Source: Anthoceros angustus (Eukaryota > Plantae > Anthocerotophyta). Taken from it: a DNA stretch of 64,000 nt. The stretch lies in the NCBI GenBank assembly GCA_010909165.1, contig MU008164.1, positions 1,860,001-1,924,000 of the forward strand, written 5' to 3'. This document shows, piece after piece, positions 12,901-22,566 of this stretch. The notes beneath the pieces are model-generated. The model saw nothing but the letters and a program-made list of their open reading frames with translations. It did no database searches and had not been told where the DNA came from. Both the position numbers and the translations under genes were made by a program. Within the stretch, counting starts at the first letter, position 1. Each line of letters starts with the position of its first letter.

Positions 12901-13699
12901 ACCCAAGGTATTATGATGCCTTGGGCACAAGCTATCACGATAAGAGGAAGGAATAATTAGGTCTAAATCATTAGATAAAATACCCTAAATATTAAAATAA
13001 AGTCAAATATGGCCTTCAACCGTCGGAATGTTGAAGACGCTAGCTGGTGGCATTTCACGCCTTACCAATGTGCCCGCTCAAATCTTAGAAAGTGGGCTGG
13101 AGACTTGCCGCGAGGCGAGGGCTTCTTACGAGGGTGTAAGTATATTGATGAGAACAGTAATCTTGATATGAAGTTGATTGATCACTTCCTAAAGTTCCCC
13201 AGATGTCAATCGCGCATCCTCTTGACTGTAAATGATAGGTTCTCCTTCACCAAATAAACTTCTTCGGGCTCTTTCCGCCGTCAAGTTTGCGAGGTTCCTG
13301 TTGAGATGACGACGCATAGGGCACCAATTTTGTAAAGGAATGCTCCGGCCTTGACCACGGCTTGGAGGCGCCCATGCCTGACGCACATGACTCCGACATT
13401 GTTCCCTCACGGTTGTGGTAGGAGGAACCACATGCCGTGCCATTACCCAGTCTCCTTTGTCATTCCTTATTTCATGGACAAATCAGAGTTTGCATTGCGC
13501 ATTTTTAAGGTGCATAGGATCATCAACATCACATGTAGATCTGCCGCATCATGACTCGAAGATCGGGTGCTCTGATACCAAGTGAAAGAGCGAAGACACG
13601 AATGATAGAACTTCGTAGCTTGACTCTTTCGATTAATTATCAACAATACAAAAATGTGTTCTTATACATTATTACGAAACAACGTACTGAAAACCCTAG

Positions 13700-14040
13700 A
13701 CTAGCATTGTGTGTTAGAGATGTGTCCCTTCACATAGCTAGGGGTTCTGGTCCGTGTCATCCTGCCTTCATTGTCGCTGCCTTGGGTTGTGCCTGCGTGG
13801 ACGTCCTAACAGCTCATGGATATGCAGCGTGAAATGGCTTTGTGACGAGGTAGGCGCTAGATGTGTGTGCATAAGTGGAGTAGGAGCGCCCATGCTTGTT
13901 TAGCTAGCCTATCGAGGTTACTTTTGCTTGCCTTTTCAAGGCCTGTGGATGCACTGGTGCCTTGCAAGAGGGCAGGCATTTGCACTCGCAAAAATTATTA
14001 GAAATAAACAGCGTGTGATGGCAAACCCGGCTGCCCAGAG
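13700..14040 (+). pseudogene. Decayed PLS-class PPR fragment
   Basis: 13908-13995 reads PIEVTFACLFKACGCTGALQEGRHLHSQ (L motif). Upstream degenerate S/P-motif DNA resembles 24560-24690. Confidence 0.6.
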
Positions 14041-14834
14041 CTACCCTCGGTGGCCATATCTCCCCCCTTGCCAGATCACCCCAATCTCGCCGGACCAGTC
14101 CCATACTCGCCAGACCTCTTCGGCCCCCAACGGTCAAAGGGTCTAGGGATCGCACTTTAAGTGCAATCTGGCCAAAATGTCTATTAAAAAATAACAACTC
14201 AAAAAAAAAAAAAGTCTAGAACAAGCCGCCGGGTTATGATCATAGGATCTGGCACTCTACAGAAGCATACGAGGCAGGTGTAGGTATTTGGTACCATATG
14301 AGCAAGAGTATCGTTTCCTCGTATAATACCTCTGTCATGATGTACGCCGACACATAAGCTGTAGAGCATATTTTACTTCATTACTGAATATATGCATATC
14401 CAGATAGGTTATTTTCCATCTAATTATGCAGGTGGGAAAATATACTATTATTTTCAGGAATATTTCTAGCAATTGCCAATTTATAACTCAAGTGGTTTTA
14501 ACCACTGAAACGCTAATGGAGTGTGAAGGGTCATGTTAAGAAGGACATTGAGCATAGACGCATCTATAAGTAGCCTACTCGTTTAGTGTTTAAGTAGTTG
14601 ATAAAAGTCGCAGCTGAAGCATGTGTAAACGGACTCTATTGTTTTGAACGCATCTTAAACACTATTTTTCTGTCATAGGGGTGACTCGTGTGTGTGTCTG
14701 AGGCATTCGTCGTATGCTCTGTGACTTACCTCAACTCACTTGATCGTCGCAAGGCGTCTGTTTGGGATTCATGGTGGATTAATTCCGAGAATTCCGATGC
14801 ACTTTACTTCTATCAACTACATTGCTGAGTGCTG

Positions 14835-14985
14835 GCTTCGCGTATGAGTGGAGCTGGTCACTTTGAGAGTTTGCTTCGCGTGTGAGTGGAGTGGGACATT
14901 TAGAGAGTCTGCTTTACGTGTGAGTGGAGCTGGACACTTTGAGGATCAGCCTCGCGTGTGAGTGGAGTTGATCACTTTGAGCGTA
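14835..14985. repeat. Four imperfect tandem copies of a 38-bp unit (GCTTCGCGTGTGAGTGGAGCTGGTCACTTTGAGAGTTT-like)
   Basis: Units start at about 14835, 14873, 14911 and 14949, all with the core GTGTGAGTGGAG. Confidence 0.8.
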
Positions 14986-16282
14986 TGCAGCTGGACCAAG
15001 ATTCTTACATCGCGTTCTGGTTGTGTATGTGTATTGAGGTCATCAAAGGGTTGTGAGTAAGAGGCGTGTCGAAGGTTTCTTGCAGCTACCACGCTGCAAC
15101 TTCGACCACTGCCATCTTCACATACTTGGCCGTAACCCTAGCGGCTACATGTGAGCGAGCTGCGGGGATCACTTTAGGAGACAAGACGCAACGAGTGCGG
15201 CGCGGAGTGGTGTTGCGTGTGAGCAACCCTAATCAGCAGTGCTGTACGAGTTAACAATTTTATGTGCGCTGAGTGTTTTCATTCTGAAGAGCAGGCGACA
15301 GATGCGTTGCTGTGGCGATGACCAGCGAATGCAACTAGTTGTGACGCGGGTTTTGGATTCCGATCCATACTTCTGTTGGCAGGCGGAATTACGGTGTGAT
15401 GATCATGTGTATCGCGGGGATTTCTTCCTTGTGTGTGTGAGCGGTGATGCATGTGAGTATGGCCGGATCTATCAATAAGAAGGCAGCCATCTACTTGGCT
15501 CCTGCAGATGCATGAGTGTTTGGGCAGAGACCTCAATAGCATGCGTGAATCTGGCTGGGGTTTGGTTGTTGTTGTGATTCGACAATCATATGGCTCTGGA
15601 AGGTGTTGCGTGTGAGCAAACCTATCTCACAACGCTGGATGAGGTGTCGATGCTGTGCAACTTGAGCATTTTTCAGGAGCTCGTCGGTCTTGCAACAGGA
15701 GGGCACCAATATATATTGACCTGTGAGATTTCTGGAGTTTGAGCCTTTGATGCTAAGGTGCTGCTAGGGAACTAACGCATACATATCTGAATTTATTTGA
15801 GTGGTTTTAATTACCATATTGTCTGTAACATACACATAACAGGCTGTGAGCCACATTTGTGTGTGAATCAAGATCTCCGGTGCAATAACATTCAGAGTAT
15901 ACCTGATCTTGCAGAATTTTGTGTATCATTTTTCTGTGAGCCATATATGTGTGTGAATCAGGACCTCTGAGGCAGTGACATTCAAAGTGTGACTGATCTT
16001 GTATAACTTCGCACATTATTTTGACGTGTAACATTGTAGGGTAACTCTTGGAATCATTATTTCTGCAGGGTTTGCACCTATATGCAGTGTTTCGACTCTG
16101 TGAAGTCATCTACAGTTTGTTGGCATTTTGTGTTTGTACAGCAATTTGTATGCATTGATGCATACAATTTGTATGCATCTGATGTGCATTGATGGCAGCT
16201 GCTAAGCGTCTATTATAAGCCAATTCACCTCGGCGTGCTAGCCTCCCTCGTGTGTGGTCTCCACGCGAGATTACCCCACACG

Positions 16283-16971
<689 letters not shown>

Positions 16972-17918
16972 CTGTTTTCTATTTTTTAGGATATAAAAAA
17001 GAATCGCCGCACAACAACTCAGTTAGAATTGGAGACTGCGACTCTTGTCAACAAATTCAACGGGCATCAACTTTCTGTTGAATCGTTATTAGAGGTATTT
17101 TTTAACCAATTTCATTAGCGTATTTATTAAAGTTCGAATAACTTATAGAGAGGCGTGTAACAACTTGCTGAAGAACAAGCACCTACTGCCAAGGAAATCA
17201 ATGATAAAATAGATATTGTCGATAGTACAATCGACAATAGTGGTATGGAACAAAAACGTTTGGTCAACCTCCATTTTTCGACATTGTCCACGTTTTTACA
17301 GGAGTTGCGATTTTTGGATCTTTTGGTAACCACCTTGGCTTTCCGAAGGGAATTCTTGGGAATCTAAAGGGCAAGTGATATCAAGGATCTTGCTTTTACC
17401 TTGTGTCCATTATCACCAGCCAATATTGGCAATCCCTACGAGTAGCTATATTATCCATGAGATATGCCTTGTTGGAGCATCAGGGGCCAGCTAAGACCTC
17501 CACCCTAGATCAGGGGGGAAACGTAGCAACACGGGAGCTCGACCACACCGGGGCCCTTCGAGTTATCCGGGCTTCCGTCCGGCAGTTGATAGCACATGAT
17601 ATTAACAATGTCTAAAAAGGATCTCTGCCGAGTGCAGTATGCTGCCAAGGGTGAGAGGAGGGGGGAACAGTGGCAACGGGTGAGGGAGACAACAAGGGGC
17701 CGCTATCTTCCACCACAATTATCTGATGGGAGCAGGCGTACCTAGTCTCATCGGAAAGCCCCCGTGTGGAAGACCATGGTTATTTTCCAAGAATTTAAGA
17801 GAAAAAATAAAAATTAACCAAGAGAAAAGGGAAAACGGTTTACATGTTTTTGGGCAGAACAGTGGTCATTTGGACTTCGCGACCCAGCCAGATCGGACTG
17901 GCTGATTCTTCATTTTTC

Positions 17919-20474
17919 TCACGGTCGACCCTTACAACTGCAACAACCAGCTGCGAATCGATGCACACGGTACCCATCCCTGACAACAATGTCCCTTTGT
18001 TCAAGCCTTGACATGATCTCCGTGGAACTGTGGCAGTCACTGCACATGCGTAGATTCTTCGTTACCACCAGAGGTGTCCCACTCGGAGTGTTCAACAGAC
18101 CAAATGCTAGAGCTAGCTTCTCAGCATGGCCACAAAGCGCATCTTCCTTTTCCTTCTCACACACTGGCTGCAACACCAACTTCGTGTGAGGTACGTGGCC
18201 TCCTTCCTGCTTCACACGGGCATTCGTGCTCTCCACCTTGAGCGCAATATCCTCTCTCCTGTCTCCCACCTCAAATCTATGTACCTGCTTATTCACCTCA
18301 ATGGTCGCCACTGCAGGTTTCTTGTTAGCTCCTGCTGCCCTTCTCTGTTTTTCGATCCTGTCTACATCGCTCCACATACCTGCATCGGCGTAGGCATTGG
18401 CCATGAGCACATATGCAGGCGCATCCTTGGGGTCCAGCCTAACAATGCGCTCAAAGCACCACCTCGCCTTCTCTATATCCCCGTGACCTTTGCAGGCATT
18501 CAACAAAGTTACCAATCCCACAGCATCACTTTGGCCCTCACATGACAATAGCATCTTGTGTGCCTCATCTAAATGGCCTGCACGCCCAAGAAGATCAATC
18601 ATGCAGGTATAATGCTCAATAGTAGGTTCGATACCATGCTGTTCAGCCATGGCATCAAAGAGCGTGCGACCCTCTTGGACCAGCCCCTCATGACTGCATG
18701 CTGCTAAAAGGCAAGTAAAAGTAGCTTCATTAGGCTGAATACCGGCAAGTAACATGTCCTCAAAACAAGCTAGTGCCTTGTGACCTTCATCACAAGTACC
18801 ATACCCAGATATCAGGGCAGTCCATGTCACCACATCCTTTGAATTCATCCTGTCAAAAACCTGGCGAGCCTCTTCCAGTTCACCACATTTTGCATACATG
18901 TCCACGAGGCAGTTGCCCAAGATTATGCCATCCAGCAGTCCTCTTCTCACAATCTGTGAATGCAGCTGCCTGCCCTTCTGTAAGGCACCGGTGCTTGCAC
19001 AAGCCTTCAGAAGGCAAGCAAAAGTAACATGGTTAGCCAAAATTAAGCCCTCTTGCTCCATCCGTTCATGCAGAACAAGCGCCTCTTGCCCGAGCCCCTG
19101 CTGTGCATACCCAGCTAACATGGCAGTCCATGTCACCACATTCTTCGTGTTCATGCTGTCAAAAACCTGGCGTGCCTCTTTCAGTTCACCACATTTTGCA
19201 TATCCGGCAATCAGCCCCGTCCATGTCACCACATCTTTTGAGACCATGCTGTCAAAAACCTCGCGTGCATTTTTCAGTTCGCCACATTTGGCATACATGT
19301 CCACCAGGCTGTTGCCAACAAACAAGTTAGTAGGAATGCCACTCTCCACCACATCGCAGTGCACTTTTCTGCCAGATTCCAAGTCAGCAGCAAATGCACA
19401 AGCCTGAAGGGTAGCAACAAAGACGTGCTCATTCGCCTCCACTCCTGACCTACGCATCTCATGGTACAGTTGTATGGCCTCATTAGGTTTCCCGTGCTTA
19501 GCATATGCAGAGATTATGGAAAACCACATGAAGACATTTGGTCTGCCCACCCTGGTGAACACATCCATGGCCTCCTGCAGCCTACCTCCACAAGCATACA
19601 TGCGCAAGATATGGTTCCCCAAGTATGCACTTGACTCGTACCCAAGTTTGGCAATGAGATCATGAACTCGACGCCCCACAACCAAATCCTTCTTAGCTGT
19701 ACACAGTTTTAGAACACTGTAAAACAGGGACAGAGAAATAGCAGGGTCTGTCTGCACCAGAGATTCCAGGGCTCCATAGGCCTCAGAAAGCTGCCCCTGC
19801 TGACATAGCATGCTCACGGTTGCAGCCGTTACGACTCCCATTTCCGATCCTCCACGCCTGCCAGGTTCAGGGTTATCTGGAGAGCTCGACTCGAAAAGAG
19901 GGGCACCATGGCCCATATGCATATCCAAGGAATCGAGCTGCTCATCAACCCAAGCTGGCTTAAACATGTTGTCTAGCCACAGCACCTCACCGGACCCCTT
20001 ACGCCGGAAGTCAGGCGAACGAAAACTCTTCTTTTCTCCTCTGTTGTCCCACCACATGCTAGGGTCCAGAAAAAATTGTTGCCATAAGTGCTCCTGCTCC
20101 TGGCGACGACCATCGCTGTAAAACCAGTCCCAACCCTCACATTTTCTCGGTAGAGGAAGTGCTGGGCTCCTTAGACTCCTGCCCCTGGAGGCTTTGCTTG
20201 CCAGGGGTTCACTCCTTACAGTGAGGTGAGCGGGAGCCCCTAGTAGAATCCCTGTACACACACCAAATTGTTGGCTCCACAACGGGATTAGCAAAGGTGA
20301 GGGCAACCTACGTGTTTGAAGGTAGCCACAGGCCGGCGGAGCAAGAGGGATCCAGCTGCAGGTGCAAAATCCTGGTGAACACAGCCGGATCCGGCTGGCA
20401 GCCGAGACAGGGGATGAGCAGGAAGCAGGTGGAAGGCGTAGCAAGGAGCATAGGCGTCGCGTTGCCGAAGCCAT
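17919..20474 (-). CDS. PLS-class PPR-E1-E2-DYW:KP (GRP-type) organellar RNA-editing factor (candidate U-to-C) with an N-terminal OSB-type PDF motif
   Basis: Intact, apparently intronless 851-aa ORF. It has a Ser/Arg/Pro-rich transit-peptide-like N-terminus, then the motif LWQQFF..P..WWDNR..K....PDFRRK.SGE.LWL...P.WV, about 13-14 P/L/S/SS repeats ending P2-L2-S2, and E1-E2. The PG box is replaced by KKPAVATIEV, the deaminase signature is HAEKLA...CSDCH, and the C-terminus is GRP. Confidence 0.95.
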   Translation of the reverse strand: MASATRRLCSLLRLPPASCSSPVSAASRIRLCSPGFCTCSWIPLAPPACGYLQTRRLPSPLLIPLWSQQFGVCTGILLGAPAHLTVRSEPLASKASRGRSLRSPALPLPRKCEGWDWFYSDGRRQEQEHLWQQFFLDPSMWWDNRGEKKSFRSPDFRRKGSGEVLWLDNMFKPAWVDEQLDSLDMHMGHGAPLFESSSPDNPEPGRRGGSEMGVVTAATVSMLCQQGQLSEAYGALESLVQTDPAISLSLFYSVLKLCTAKKDLVVGRRVHDLIAKLGYESSAYLGNHILRMYACGGRLQEAMDVFTRVGRPNVFMWFSIISAYAKHGKPNEAIQLYHEMRRSGVEANEHVFVATLQACAFAADLESGRKVHCDVVESGIPTNLFVGNSLVDMYAKCGELKNAREVFDSMVSKDVVTWTGLIAGYAKCGELKEARQVFDSMNTKNVVTWTAMLAGYAQQGLGQEALVLHERMEQEGLILANHVTFACLLKACASTGALQKGRQLHSQIVRRGLLDGIILGNCLVDMYAKCGELEEARQVFDRMNSKDVVTWTALISGYGTCDEGHKALACFEDMLLAGIQPNEATFTCLLAACSHEGLVQEGRTLFDAMAEQHGIEPTIEHYTCMIDLLGRAGHLDEAHKMLLSCEGQSDAVGLVTLLNACKGHGDIEKARWCFERIVRLDPKDAPAYVLMANAYADAGMWSDVDRIEKQRRAAGANKKPAVATIEVNKQVHRFEVGDRREDIALKVESTNARVKQEGGHVPHTKLVLQPVCEKEKEDALCGHAEKLALAFGLLNTPSGTPLVVTKNLRMCSDCHSSTEIMSRLEQRDIVVRDGYRVHRFAAGCCSCKGRP

Positions 20475-20813
20475 GGCTAGGCAGCCAATGATCTCAACCT
20501 AATGCCAAGACCATCGCCAAATTCTTTGCCAGTGAACCGCATACCTCTGAATCTGTCTGCGAGGCGGATCACGGCTGCTGTCACCCGCCACTGGCAAACA
20601 TTTTCGGACTTAAGCTGACAAACCATTTCCACGCCAGAATGGCCGAAGGGCTCAAATTGTGAACCCATCGGCCTACAACTCCATTTCGCGGAACACAAAA
20701 ACGAACAAATATGTCACAAAACCCAGCTTCCCTTTGCAACGGAGATTCTTGATTCTTCGTCTTCTGAAAAGACGGTTCGCGACGGAACCTTTAACGGTCC
20801 TGTCACTTCCAAC

Positions 20814-20865
20814 TTCGAGAAGCAGGTAGAAATGTCGGAGCAGTCCGTGCGAGAATGCTCCAGAA
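20814..20865. promoter_or_regulatory. Candidate heat-shock elements upstream of the sHSP gene
   Basis: TTCgaGAA at 20814-20821 and GAAtgCTCcaGAA (one mismatch) at 20853-20865, 180-230 bp upstream of the sHSP ATG. Confidence 0.5.
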
Positions 20866-21044
20866 CATGCCGCCTGGCTTTCTTAAGCCCAGCAACTCTC
20901 CCTCCTCGGCATCGTCTCTTTGCTTCGTTTGTAGGCGACCTTTGCAAGCAATTTAAACCTGAAGCAATTAATTGCTTCTGTCTACAATTTCAGCAAGTTT
21001 GCCCATCCTGCGCGACCTTGTTGTTCGCTGAACTGCTGGGATAG

Positions 21045-21637
21045 ATGGCGTTGGCTCCTTTCTTCACAAGCTTGGGCAATGACAGCGTTTGGGAGCCCGT
21101 GTCTTTCGATCGGCTGTTCGACCCCTTTGAGCGCTTTGGACGGGAGGAGAGGACTCCCGCTCGCTCTTTCGCCAGGGATGCTTCTGCGGTAGCCAGCACC
21201 AGGGTTGATTGGAAGGAAACACCAACTGCTCACGTCTTGAAGGCAGATTTGCCTGGTAAGTAGCCCTGTAGAAGCACCCTCTACTTGAAACTCTTGTTTC
21301 GATGTTCGCTGGTTGGTGGATGTGAAGGTTGTGACACGAGGCATGATTCCAATTCTTTGCAGGTTTGAAGAAAGAAGAGGTGAAGGTGGAAGTGGAGGAT
21401 GGCAATGTGTTGAAGATCAGCGGAGAGCGCAGCAAGGAAGAGGTGCAGGAGACAGACAAGTGGCACCATGTGGAGCGCTCTTACGGCCAATTCCTCCGGA
21501 AGTTTCGGCTTCCCAAGAACGTGAAGCTCGAGCAGGTTGCAGCTAGTGTGGAGAACGGCGTGCTTACTGTCACCGTGCCAAAGGTTGAGGAGAAGAAACC
21601 TGAAATTCGGAACATTGACGTGACATGGGCCGAATGA
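21045..21637 (+). CDS. Cytosolic class I small heat-shock protein (HSP20/alpha-crystallin), 2 exons (21045-21255, 21363-21637), 161 aa
   Basis: MAL.PFF...VWEP.SF..FDPF N-terminus, [19 protein letters not shown]|[59 protein letters not shown] intron at 21256-21362 restores the frame. Confidence 0.95.
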
Positions 21638-21879
21638 ATGAACAGACGACGAATTTGAAGACAACTGACCAGTTTCCTGGCCACTACAAAACGACACGGT
21701 GGAGGGTCTGGCGTAGGTATCCTAGTAACGATTCGTATGTATTATAGTAGACCCTGAACCTGTATGCGTAAGGTTCCTAGCGGACAGAGTAAAGCCAGTC
21801 TTCGATACCTGCGAGAACAGATCATGCAGATGTTTGGTACGCCAGTTTATCCATTCTAAACACCAGTTTATCAACACAT

Positions 21880-22330
21880 GTTTTCCCAGCCTGACTCTTC
21901 TCACCTGTACCACCCCCAATCTATCCCTGGGGACAAGCTTCCAAGTTCTGATAGACTTGTCTTGTGTGCAACTGCAAGATAAACAGCAGAGCCATCTTCC
22001 TCTCCAATGCCGCTATGGGAGAGAAGAAAAATTAAGGCCCCGAATCCAATCCTGATGTCCCTTGAGCTTGCAAGCAAATGAGAAACATCCAGCCGCTTTA
22101 CCAACATATGCTTATACCTGGCTGTCCACTCCTCCCAATCCCACCCAACCTTCGCTACCAATAAGAGCCGCAAGTGCCACAGCCACAATTGATCGGGAAC
22201 CAATCCTAACACTACGAAATGATATGCTAGGCTTCAAACCGAATGCATCAGATGCACTTTCATCTGGCCAATCCTGTTAAAATCTTGGAACACGACTTCC
22301 AGCATTGGCAGCTGGAGAATGATCACTGCA
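21880..22330 (-). pseudogene. ELP2-like (Elongator subunit 2) WD40 fragment, copy 1
   Basis: Reads SVRIGSRSIVAVALAAL...LGGVDSQ...CKLKGHQDWIRGLNFS and, across frameshifts, a QDKSIRTWKL-like end. This matches the ELP2 segment I recall (LGGLDNKI...CELKGHTDWIRSLDFS...SSSQDKVIRIWKL). Stops and frameshifts are present. Confidence 0.75.
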
Positions 22331-22566
22331 CATGCAAAATTGAAGGAAGAGGGTAGGTATTAGTTTTGTGCTTCGTATGCTCTCAACCAAATTTACTTCA
22401 TACCTTTTTTCTAGAAACGATTGGCAGCCTTCTGGACACTTTCGGCTACTTCTCTCCGGTCTGAGGCTCTATCCATTCAGCTCATCTACAAACTTGGACA
22501 GTGCTTCCAACAGCAGGTACTTAACAGCTTGAAAGCACACTTGACAGAGGTGAACATGGAAACATG

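Larger units (their letters stand above)
694..13698 (-). mobile_element. Ty1/copia LTR retrotransposon A (older host element; gag-PR-INT, no RT/RNase H seen; 5' LTR truncated)
   Basis: LTR copies at 694-~941 and 13583-13698, with 6 transitions over the 116 shared bp. The tRNA-iMet PBS (TGGTATCAGAGC on the minus strand) is at 13569-13580. Gag-like ORF 12450-12809; GAG-pre-integrase LWHMRLGH and rve (VHADICGP...LRTDNGGEF) at 11467-12195. The integrase resumes left of 2409 (TIPYTSQQNGIA) and is followed by a linker, a purine tract and the LTR. Confidence 0.85.

Noticed and set aside
14147-14220. Possible Helitron 3' end (GCACTT-T-AAGTGC hairpin, then CTAG)
   Set aside because: The hairpin is about 45 bp from CTAG rather than the usual ~10-20 bp, and no 5' TC end or RepHel sequence was found.
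15807-16109. Cys/His-containing 100-aa ORF suggesting zinc fingers
   Set aside because: Spacing does not fit C2H2 or other known fingers. It arises from a ~92-bp DNA duplication.
17000-17640. Possible LINE endonuclease relic or organellar insertion
   Set aside because: Only faint SRV..F and DH-LP-like hints, with no continuous frame or recognisable organellar gene.
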